A stretch of DNA of 64,000 nucleotides from Octopus sinensis (taxonomy: Eukaryota). The notes beneath the pieces were generated by a model. It was not told the origin of the DNA. It searched no databases and saw only the letters and a list, made by a program, of their open reading frames with translations. The stretch lies in NCBI RefSeq assembly GCF_006345805.1, contig NC_043001.1:21762001-21826000 (forward strand). Reading direction: 5' to 3'. The translations under genes were made by a program, and so were the position numbers. Shown in pieces: positions 53,311 through 64,000 of this stretch (within the stretch, counting starts at the first letter, position 1; every line of letters starts with the position of its first letter).

Positions 53311-53941
53311 CAAGGTGTTATCAGAAAGTTTCAGATGGCACATGCTTCATGGTATCTACTTTGTGTGTTCAGTACATAAGGTTTTCTATCTTTATATTAA
53401 AATGGCTCAGCAATTTTTACAATGGCTCACAAATTTGTGCAACAAGTAGCCATACTTTTGCATGAAGCGTGGAAAATCTGTTAATGAGACCCCTAAAATG
53501 CTTCATCAGGTTTGCTGGGCAAACATTCTTTAGGTTAAACACAGTTGTCTTTTTATTATTTTTTTTTTGCAATTTTTCAGTGGCATGCACATTTCAAGGC
53601 CAGTTGAGCTTTGGTTCAAGATGATGACATTTCAGTGAGATTAATAACAGATGAAATGCCAGAGAATTAGGGAAAAACTTTTGAACTCATCCATGAGGAT
53701 CATTGCTGAACAATCCATCAGTTCTCTCACAACAGAATCGCATATAGTGTTGGACGGCCTTCACAAAGAGAACTCCTACTGCATTTTTCAGGTGCAGATG
53801 ATGCACTGGGATCGTTGTGTACATTCCCAAAGGGACTATTATAAAAGGGATGGTACCCAAAGAGAAATAACATATGAAATATATTATGTACTAGTGGGTT
53901 TTTGCTTGCCCTGGCCTAGGAAATTTCTGATACTACCTCAT
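53311..53941 (+). mobile_element. Internally deleted mariner element
   Basis: Imperfect TIRs aggtgttatcagaaagtttc / ggaaatttctgatactacct. Decayed N-terminal (KRGKS..ET.KML; FQWHAHFK...VQDD) and C-terminal (WDRCVHSQ.DYY) transposase motifs. Confidence 0.8.
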
Positions 53942-55003
53942 TTATATATACATATATATATATATGTTTGTACACATATAAGCACACACACACACACACA
54001 CATGTATAGACTTACACAAAGACATGCTTGAATCTATTCCCAAGAGACAGGATTATTATGATGACGTTCCTATCTATGGATAGGAATATAAATACATAAT
54101 GAATATTTACATTTAGAAGTTGAAACCTCTAATCACTTAGCAGTGGTTTGATATGTTTTGCAGTTAAAGAATATCAATAAAAAAGCTGAAATGTACACAA
54201 ATATTAAAAGAAAGCGGTTATAAATATATATATTTTTTTACATAGGCTCCTATATAGGATATGTAAAACAGATACACAGTATATATTCATACTTGTATAT
54301 ATATTTATTTATACATATGCATAAGCAGATGTATACATATATATATACATATATATAAATATATATATGAATCTATATACACACATATATACACAATTGT
54401 ATACATATATATATATATATACACATATATATATATATAAATACAAATCTACACTCATACATATATATAATATAATATATATCAATACATATGTGTGTTT
54501 GTGTGTGTGTAAGTGTATCTATGTATGTGTGTATTTATATGCATCTCTATATAGGCATACATATAGGTTTTTAAAAGTGATATTAATGAAGAAATTATTT
54601 AAATGCTAAAATGCAAACTGTCAAATCATGATAGAAACATTTTCATTTTTAAGCAGTTTCAATGACTTAGCTAATTTTAATCTTCAGTGTAACATTTCAG
54701 TAATTTTTTTTGTCTCTTCTCCAATATATCTAAAATGGAAAATAAGAAGAGATTTCGGTAGGATTTATAATAAAACATTAGTAAAGTGAAATGATGCTTT
54801 CATAAGTTAAATGTTGAAAATTACTTCTAAAGCACATTATATATATAGAAATAAATACACACATAAGTATATATGCATACACACACACACACGCAACACA
54901 TATAAGTATATACATGTATATGTATGTGTGTGTGTGTATATATACATATATATATATATATGTATAAATACCTGTGAATACACAAACACACACATACATA
55001 TAC

Positions 55004-55036
<33 letters not shown>

Positions 55037-55873
55037 ATAATTACATATATGTTGTTTGAAACATGCATGCACATTCATGTTTGTGTATGTGTGAGTGTAT
55101 GTAAATACACATACTACATACTACACTCATTAAAGCAAAATTAATTCTTGAAAACATATTCCAATTAAAGAAAAGAAAGGCAATAGTAATACAATAAGAA
55201 ATGGACACACATTTTCTTCTTTTTTTTTCATCCAATTAAAGGTGGAAATTTTAGTTCTTGAAGTAGAATTCTTTCTAGAGTTCCTTTCAATGGGTGCAAT
55301 GCCTAAAAAGTAGCAGAGTTGCCAAGTGTCTTACACTTGGCTAGCAGAACTCTCAATTTCTCTGACCCATTATAGATCAGAAATTACACACCTTTGTATA
55401 GACAAAATACAGAGCAGATGTTAAAAATCTTTGAAGAAATTTTTTTTCAAAATACTTAAAAACTGAAAGCTTTTTACTGACTTGAAAATTTCTTCATCAT
55501 CATTATGATAATTTCTTTAGTTGACCGTAATAATATGTCAAGATTAAGAATCATAGCAATATCATTTACTTTGAAAGAGAGTTCATTTTTCTTATATATA
55601 CACAAAATTTTTGACTAATTCTAAAATGTTTGAAAATGAATTTCTCTCATTGCATCTTTGAATAAGCAACATATATTGACAACGAACAGAAGAAATGGTC
55701 GCAGAATACAGCAGCTCAACCAGCTAGTGTGAGTGGAATCAGAAAGAAAATGCCATGAAATATATCCACCTTTCATGATGTGAAGATGTATATACTTTTC
55801 AACATTGTAGCAGGTTATGTTTGATAAGCCAAAATGAAGTCAGTCAAAAGCTTTAGTCAACATTTCACAAATT

Positions 55874-55877
<4 letters not shown>

Positions 55878-55929
<52 letters not shown>

Positions 55930-55930
55930 G
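55878..55930. repeat. (GA)n microsatellite
   Basis: Directly visible. Confidence 0.95.
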
Positions 55931-58900
55931 AAACTATATCGATTGAAGCAAACATCAGTTTTAAAAAAGCCTTTCATGGATACATCAAAGCATACAATGT
56001 ATTTACTTCAGTAGCAAGAAATACCCTTTATACGATGTTAAAAATACATATCTAAAATATTACGAAAAGAAACATAGAAATTAGCTCAGCTGAGAGAGCA
56101 ATTTACTTGGAATTTACATTTTCAAGGATTAAATCCCAATTTCTGATTAATATGTGACAAAACTTATCATCACATAATCTATATATTTTTTTTTAATTCT
56201 TCAACATTATAACCTTGATTGCTTCCCCATTGTTCTTTATAACAGTAGTAAGTCAGCCAAGAAGAAACTAACAATGCCACCACTTAGTGAGACAGGAAAA
56301 TAACTAACTTTGCACAAGAAAAACATTTGATCAATCAGTTGAGATAAAAGAAAATATTTTACAAAATGCAGCAAGGAACAATTTTAAAATAAGATTAAAA
56401 TTCTTATTTCAAATTATAATGTCATGATTGATGAGTACAAAAAGTTTCTTTTTGAAAGAAACTAAATAAATATGTTTTTTTTAGGATGAGAAACGAAACC
56501 TAACAAAAAAAAAAGAAGAAAAAAAGGGACAATGGTATATCAAATACTATGAAGAAAATCCATGTGCATGCAAATGAATCTGAGGTTTGTGTGTGCATGT
56601 GTGTGTGTGTTAATACAGATAAATGTATTTCTCTACGCCCTTGTTCTCTCTTTCTCTCTGGTATACAAATTAGAGAGAGAAGTCAATCAATTAATGTAGA
56701 GAGAGCGAGATAGGGGAAGAAATATTATTCAAATATAAAATATTTGCTTTCTAGAGATTTTCTTCAAATGTGAAAAGGCATATATAAATCTCCACAATAT
56801 AATTTTACACACATGCGCATCATGATAAACATCGAGTACATGTATGCATGCAAGTATATATATGCACACACACTTGCACATAGCCATCTACTGAACATGA
56901 ATGAATACATTGTTTCTCTTACATTTATGCGTATGTATGTTTGTATATATATGTATATACATATACATATATATATATGATACACACACACACACACATA
57001 TATATATATACTTATCTACTTATAAGCAAATATATGTGTATACATAATGTTAAAAATACACCTATATTTTCAATTTGAGACAGTTTTTCCCATATTTATG
57101 TAATATTACCAGTTCCTGTATCATACACTTTAAAGTCTCATGTATCTGTATTTAAATGTAAATAACTCTTAAAATATTGAAACAAGGTTTCATGATACAT
57201 TGACTGTGGTACATCAAGACATTTAAGAGTTCTTTAAATATAGATAGTGAGAACAAAATTCAAGTTCCATTAATCTCCTGTACACAGACAACTGGTTTCG
57301 ATTATGTTCCCTAAATACACGACTGAATACACACCGTTTTTATTCACTAACAACACAAGAGCTGATTTGAAATAAAAGATCAGAATTTAATCAAATTCAT
57401 ACACTTCCTAGCTTAGAAGAATAGCTGGTAATCTGTCTTACCAACTAGAAACCTTGAAAGATAACAACTTATTTCTTGAGACATGATTGATCTTAGATAT
57501 GTAAAGATAAAAGATTGTTTATGTGGGTGCATGTATTTGTGTATATGTGCATGCATATATTCGTGTGATGTGGATACACACATGCACATGTATAATTGGA
57601 ACATGATTAATTTTGGTCGTTTTTTTTTTTAAAGTCTTTTTAAAACACTTGTAAACACACACAGACACACACAACTTATGTACATGAAAAATTCTAAAAT
57701 ATACATTTTATAAAAGAAATCTTAGGTGGGTTTTAACTGAAGAAATAGTTCTCTGGTGTCTTACATTTTTAAGTTCATCAGTAGTTAAATACATCCACCA
57801 AAATGTAGACAACTGTTTCAGAAACAATATCTGGAACTTTTTATGGTAGGGAAATTAGGGTTTCCTACAATTTCTATTGTTTTTCAATGATAGGATGTTG
57901 CCAAATGAGACATTTTACTATTCAGATGACACTTGCAGAGAACTGTTGAGTTCTTTCTCGTTGTATAGTTTCCTTAAACTCATGTAACTGTCTACATTAT
58001 ACATGCTGAACATCATAGCGGTTTGATTGGAAAAAAAAAATCTGTACAAATAAGATTTAAAAGAGACGAAAAAAAAAATGTATACAGAATTCAATAAAAG
58101 ATAAATTACATTGATATATGGAGGAGACATAAATATAGATGACATTTTACCAAGAACTGTCAGAACAACCAGAATATTTAAAATGTATTTGCATTAATAA
58201 AGTCCAATCAATGGCAAATGTATGTAGGAATCAGACTGAACATTCTAATGAGATTTAACGATATACATCCACAAAAAGACAGCATTATCAGCAAAATGTT
58301 ATTTCATGTGCACATAGTTGTTCAAATTTAATTATGTTGCAGAGGAATCATGGTTTTCATTTTTTTTCTTTTCAAAGTTATATCAGAAAAAAAAAAAGAT
58401 TTATGATATTAATTACAAGTTTGACAATAAACCTAAGCTGTTTTAAAAATTTGGCAAATATTTCTACATAAAGCCTTAAAAATATCTAGCACCAATTATA
58501 AATGTTATTTTAAAAGCTTTCTAAAAGAACAAATAGTTATAATTTTTTCTTACAATTTGAATAATGGTGGATTATAGACGGTTCGTAATAAAACCTTACA
58601 AATATTTAAAAAAAAAAAAAAAGCCATCAAGGAAAAGCAAATGTTCTGGAATTATTCACAGCAACAACAATTAGACTAGAATTGGATATAAATGTCTGTG
58701 TGTATGCATGTTGTGTAAGAGATGCTTTCAATTGAGTTATAAGTGTTATAAGCAAATGTGGAAGTAGTTTGATATGTAATCCAATTTACAAAGTATCTAT
58801 TAAAAGGAATCAAATTTTTTTTAAAAAAAAAAGAGATCAAGGTAATTTTTGGTAAACTGACAGATTATACAAGAAAAACATTAAATACATAATAATTATA

Positions 58901-59629
58901 TTGTTCAAACAACAGTCTAATGTTTGTTACTGGCACTATTATTGCTAAAAACAGTTTCATTTGGTTGTAATAAACAATGTGAATATATTGATTGTTTTCA
59001 AGAAATCAGTTTTAGAATTAATACAATAAATAAGTGCTTTTGTTATCAATGTTTCTTTAAGTGCAACTTATTGTTCTCGTCCTAGACCAAGTTGTTTTAA
59101 TGAAAATTGTGATTATTTTGAAACAGGGAGGTAAATAAAATAAAAATTAATTATTGGAGTTTTAGAATCAGATTAACTCACATATTCTAGCAAAACTGTG
59201 ATTGCAGTGAATTACTTAGCTAATCAGTAAATATTTTCAATATGATAAACGTGTGTTAACATCAGTTAACCACAAAAAGATGTCGAAATCAAAAGAAGTG
59301 TAAATCATGCAAATTGAAATCAAATAGATTACTGAAATACTCTAAATGTCTGAATTTAATTATGTCTCCTCCAAGTGATATTTAACAAGCCAACTAACAA
59401 GATTTCTAAATTTCCTAACAGCATGTAAATTGGCAAAATTCAAGATATATGGTTATAGACTGTTCAGTTTCTCCTTGGAACGATAACACTACTCTGGAAA
59501 ACCAATATCGGTGAAAAAATATTGGTAAAACAGCCACTGAGCTGAAGAAAAGACATGATTTTAATTTTGTTGTTCGTTTTCTGTCTATTGTACCTGGATT
59601 GAAGCAAAGTGAAGTTTCCTTGAATACCT

Positions 59630-59861
59630 CTAAGCAAACATTTCTTCTTCAATGGGTTTTGATACCCAGGTACCACAATTGTTTTCTTTTAATTTTTTCA
59701 GCATCACATTTTTAGCTGTCTGGAAGGGAGTAGCCATCATCTTGGCTTTGTTATAAGAAGGGGCAGTAAGCAGGTCATTACGATCAAATTTGCGGCAGAC
59801 TCTCTTAAATTCTTCATACAAGTTGTGCTTTGTTAGACGAGAGAATAGATTTTTCTCAATC
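59630..59861 (-). CDS. ADAR: ADAR1 terminal coding exon (IP6-binding C-terminus, stop codon)
   Basis: Acceptor ttattctag|G at 59862/59861 (phase 2, matches the upstream donor). Translation IEKNLFSRLTKHNLYEEFKRVCRKFDRNDLLTAPSYNKAKMMATPFQTAKNVMLKKLKENNCGTWVSKPIEEEMFA* matches the ADAR C-terminal motifs SR..K, Y...K.....Y...K and G.W..KP.E. Confidence 0.96.
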
Positions 59862-60170
59862 CTAGAATAAAATGAAAAATGAATTTTATTTTATAAATTG
59901 TTATATTGGTTAGTTTATTTATACATAAAATCATTATTAAAAAAAAAAAGAAATTAATTTGCTTTTAACAGAGGATATTGAAGTAGAGAAAGTTATAGAC
60001 AATAGCATGTGAATATTTAGTTAATATGTAAACATGGTCCAATGGTGGAACATCTGTCATGTTTACAGAAGATGTGGGTTCAAGTCCTATGGACAGCCTT
60101 TGATATTTTCTATCCAAATGGTTTTAACCCAACATTCACATACTTATTTATATTTATAGTTTTATAAATA

Positions 60171-60512
60171 ACAGTGAAGATGCATGGCTCAGTGGTTAGA
60201 GTGTCAGGCTTACAATCGTGAGGTTGTGAGTTCAAATCCTGGACCAGGCTGCGTGCTGTGTTCTTGTGCAAGACACTTTATTTCACATTGTTCCAGTTCA
60301 CCCAGCTGTAGAAATGAGTTGCGACGTCACAGGTGCCAAGCTGTATCAGCCTTTGCCTTTCCTTGGATAACACTGGTGGCGTGGAGAGGGGAGGCCAGTA
60401 TGCATGGGCAACTGCTGGTCTTCCATAAACAACCTTGCCCAAACTTGTGCCTGGGAAGGTAACATTCTAGGTGCAATCCCATGGTCTGTGTCGTGATTGA
60501 AGGGGGTCTCAG
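60171..60512 (+). mobile_element. tRNA-derived SINE with 15-bp TSD in the ADAR1 last intron
   Basis: Head tggctcagtggttagagtg...gagttcaaatcc; TSD atagttttataaata (60156-60170 / 60513-60527). Confidence 0.8.
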
Positions 60513-60709
60513 ATAGTTTTATAAATATAGTTATTTATAGTTTTATCTAATTCAAGTTTTTTTTATAGTATTATCTGCTTCAATTTTAGTTTTTAGTTTT
60601 ATCTATAATTGAAAGCAAATTATTTCATGTTCTCTCAAAGGTTCTAAATTCTCATGGCATTAAGAACTTCATATCATGTAATTACCAGAGATAGAAAACC
60701 TTAGGTACA

Positions 60710-61610
60710 TCATCATCATCATTTAATGTCCGCTTTCCAAGTTGGTATGGGTTGGATAGTTTGACTGAAAACTGGCAAGCTAGATAGATGCACTAGGTTT
60801 CCATCTGATTTAACATGGTTTCTACAGCTGGATGCCCTTCCTAACACTAACCACTCCATGAGTGTAGTGGGTGCCAGTTACGAAACACTGCATCAGCCAC
60901 AGCTATGATCTCACATGGCTCGATAAGTCTTCTCAAGCACGGTACATTGCCAAAGATCTCGGTCACTTGCCACTACCTCCATGAGGCCCAACATTCAAAG
61001 GGTGCTTTTTATGTGCCACCAGCACAAGTGCCAGTTACACGACACTGGTATTGACCATGACTGTGATTTCACTTGGCTTGACGGGTCTTCTCAAGCACGA
61101 CGTATCGACAAAGGTGTTGGTTACTTGTCATTACTGCCATGCGGTCCAACATTGGAAGATCATACTTCATCACCTCGTCCTATGTCTTCCTGAGTCAACT
61201 TCTTCCAAAGATTCTCTCCACAATTAGAGATTGGCACTTCTTTACACAGCTGTCCTTGTCCATATGCATTACACAACCATACCAGCACAGTTGTCTCTCT
61301 AGCGCATGATGCCTCTTCTGACCAACCTTTCTCGCAAAACACTTACGCTCCATTGTACATGCACACTGACATTGCACATCCAGCGAAGCATACTAACTTC
61401 ATTTCTTTCAAGCCTGCGCATATCCTCGGCAGTCACAGCCCATGTTTCACTGCTGTGTAGCATGGCTGTTCACACAGTCATTGTACAATCTGCCTTTCAC
61501 TCTGAGGGAAAGGCCTTTTGTTACCAACAGAAATAGGAGATCTCTGAACTTTGCTCAGCTTATTCTTATTCTAGCTGCTACACTCTTGGAGCATCCACCT
61601 CTGCTACACA
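60710..61610 (-). mobile_element. RTE LINE 3' portion in the ADAR1 last intron
   Basis: ORF2 C-terminal motifs (GRLYNDC...SETWAVT...LCWYG.VMHMDKDSCVKKC) contiguous with the 3'UTR and (GAT)n tail at 60710. Confidence 0.8.
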
Positions 61611-61879
61611 AGCAGTAAAATCAAAGAGAACTGGTAGAAGTAAAGTACCCATTACGAATACAAAAACTATTTTATTAAAAAACTTTTGTATTAAGAATAA
61701 CAATAGAAAATTTTTTAAATAGTCAAAATTAGGTGCAGAAAAATGATTAGAATAGAAAAAAACTGAACAAGAATTTCTAAATTTATATTATGGCGGAAGC
61801 AATAATTCTACAGTTTGATGAATTCATCTAATATTTCTTTGGAGTAAAAATGGTATCAGTTGCCAACCAGGTAGATATA

Positions 61880-62770
61880 AGCGAGCAGTATTGTTAGCAC
61901 TTCAGACAACATTCTACCAGCTCTTTACATTCTGAGTTTACTTTCTGCCAAGGTCAACTTTGGCTTCATCCTTTCAGGATCAATGAAATAAAGTACCAAT
62001 CAAGAAATGGGAATGGAAGAGGGGTGTTTGTCAATGTAACCACCTTATCTCCTCCCCATCAAATTGCTGGCCTCGTGTCAAAATGTGAAACCATTATTTA
62101 ACAGATGCACTGATGATACATGCTGGTAGAATCACTAGCATATCAGGCGGTGAGCTGGCAGAAGCGTTAGCATGCCGGGTGAAATGCTTAGCGGTATTTC
62201 GTCTGCTGTTATGTTCTGAGTTCAAATTCCACTGAGGTCGACTTTGCCTTTTATCCTTTCGGGGTCGATTAAATAAGTACCAGTTATGCACTGGGGTCAA
62301 TATAATCGACTTAATTCGTTTGTCTGTCCTTGTTTGCCCACTCTATGTTTAGCCCCTTGAGGGTAGTACAGAAATAGGTATTTCGTCTGCCGCTACGTTC
62401 TGAGTTCAAATTCTGCCAAGGTTGACTTTGCCTTTCATCCTTTTGGGGTCAATAAATTAAGTACCAGTTATGCACTGGGGTCGATGTAATCGACTTAATC
62501 CCTTTGTCTGTCCTTGTTTGTCTCATCTATGTTTAGCCCCTTGTGGGCAATAAAGAAATAAGTATCATTAGCATATCAGACAAAATGTGCACAGTATTTC
62601 TTTTGGCTTATGTTCTGGGTTTAAATTCCACCAAGTTTTGCCAGCCCTTTATCATTTTAGGATCAATAAAGTAAAGTATCAGTCAATTACCAGTGTTGAT
62701 GTAACTGACTTGCCCTTCCCTTCAAAACTGCTGGCCTTGTACCAAAATTAGAGTTACTACTGAACTTAGT
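61880..62770 (+). mobile_element. Stack of four Nin/Deu-like SINE copies in the same orientation (ADAR1 last intron)
   Basis: Central domain seen at ~61930, ~62215, ~62395 and ~62610; the middle two form a tandem dimer. Confidence 0.75.
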
Positions 62771-62840
62771 CATTTTACAAATAAAAATGGTTATCACTGA
62801 ATAATGTTTAAATATGAAGCAAAATAAAAAGATATATTAC

Positions 62841-63081
62841 GCTGTATAACAGATGCCAGCTGTGCCATCAAGAACTTCAGACTTCTCATCATCATAACAC
62901 CAGTTTATGCTCAGAGATTTTGTCTTTTGGGTTTCTCTTGGGGGGTCGCAAGCAGTTACCCTGCCAAGCCAGGGATGGTTCAAACGATAGCCTTCTGGTA
63001 ACAGCTGATTTACAGAGGCTTCTCCACGTTCTATACGGCAACATACTGCACGAGCAAGGTGACCATGATCATAAAGATAAC
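62841..63081 (-). CDS. ADAR: ADAR1 adenosine deaminase (dsRNA-specific), penultimate coding exon, deaminase domain
   Basis: Translation (G)YLYDHGHLARAVCCRIERGEASVNQLLPEGYRLNHPWLGRVTACDPPRETQKTKSLSINWCYDDEKSEVLDGTAGICYT(A) is colinear with human ADAR1 GYLFSQGHLTRAICCRV...VNHPKVGRV...KTKETSVNWC...EILDGTRG. Acceptor tatttacag|GT at 63082/63081 (phase 1); donor GC|gtaata at 62841/62840 (phase 2). 241 nt, consistent with both phases. Confidence 0.96.
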
Positions 63082-64000
63082 CTGTAAATATAACAAAATA
63101 GATAAAACATATATACACCCACCATGGTTTAAAGTAATTACTAGTAAGTACCAAAGTAATTGCTACTTCTAGTTCCTTCTATTATATTATAGAGATGGCC
63201 ATTCAGATAACATGTGTCAAAAATGAGAATTCAAGGAAAATAATGAGATGATAATAGTAAAAGCTAAAAGGCCCTAAGATATATTTAAACGTTTACAGGT
63301 TGTGTTTCATGATGGGAAGAGTATTTCAACATTTCAGACAAGGTTCATTGTTGAAGGGCCCTGCCTCTATAACTAAAATTCACTTCTCATCATCATACAC
63401 ATTTTACTGATCTGGGTTTTTTTTCCAATACAAACTAGTTTCCTGAGATTGTTATGTTATACTTTATATCTAAATCTTCTATGGAAGATTAACTATAACT
63501 GACTTTGATTACCTATTCACAGATTAATGATTTCAAATATTTCATTGTATTTCTACAGTGACTCAGTCCATCTAACAAATCGGGTATTGGTAATAAGTCA
63601 TCTGTTACTATTAGCCTCAGACAGACCAGTATCCTAATTACAGTGAGATTTGTCTCTCATTCACTGAATGCCATGAAATCAGAGCTAAATAGAGACACTT
63701 AAAAGTCTTTTGAAGCTAAGGAACCATTTAAGGTATCCATTTTTATATTTTTAATTATTTAATGTTCTCAATTTCTCAAACTGAAATATTTTCTTTTATT
63801 TACTGGGTCTGAAGGAAAGAAGTGTGCTCATGGTGTTTGCACACTCTCTGAGAATGGTAAGATTGATGTCATTAATGGTCCTCTTGAACTATTGCAACTC
63901 AGCACATGTGAAAAGGACGTGCGCAAGGAAGGAGTTCCAAAATGGCCAGCATTCTAGGAAAGAATTGGGCATTGTGATCACTATGAGCCCTGGGGTGAGG

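Larger units (their letters stand above)
38920..59629 (-). other. Putative very long ADAR1 3'UTR (~20.7 kb) or constrained 3' flank
   Basis: Begins at the ADAR1 stop. AT-rich, no credible exons, essentially no SINE/RTE copies, and ends at an AATAAA followed by a U/GU-rich tract. Inferred; no transcript evidence. Confidence 0.45.

Noticed and set aside
59464-59676. Alternative-frame ORF overlapping the ADAR1 stop
   Set aside because: Short and without homology; the adjacent frame is fully explained by ADAR1.
60035-60090. tRNA gene (A-box/B-box-like tggtccaatgg...ggttcaagtcc)
   Set aside because: No cloverleaf; most likely a decayed SINE head.
63800-64000. Next upstream ADAR1 exon
   Set aside because: No minus-strand frame resembles the expected MSCSDK..RWNVLG.QG motif; that exon must lie outside the window.

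Overview
AT-rich, repeat-dense eukaryotic DNA, most likely from an octopus (coleoid cephalopod). That assignment is inferred from the tRNA-derived SINE and RTE-LINE families and the abundant (TA)n tracts. Two protein-coding genes are recognisable, both on the minus strand. (1) The last two coding exons of ADAR1, the A-to-I RNA-editing deaminase: 62841-63081 and 59630-59861. They include the ADAR1-specific CC..H second-zinc motif and the IP6-binding C-terminus. (2) A BTB/POZ-domain gene with coding exons at 18225-18350 and 13712-14508. It has a Ser-rich linker, and I could not find its C-terminal exons. The rest is SINEs, RTE and HERO retrotransposon fragments, Tc1/mariner relics, MITEs, non-autonomous Helitrons and microsatellites. 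The most notable unexplained structure is a ~21 kb stretch directly 3' of the ADAR1 stop codon (38.8-60.0 kb) with essentially no SINE or LINE copies. It ends in a canonical-looking poly(A) signal at 38941-38946, so it is a candidate ~20.7 kb 3'UTR. Also notable are a ~41-bp periodic motif array just inside that end and a dense cluster of (TA)n-flanked fold-back hairpins between the two genes (25-34 kb). All alignments were done by eye, so repeat boundaries are approximate unless a target-site duplication is given.
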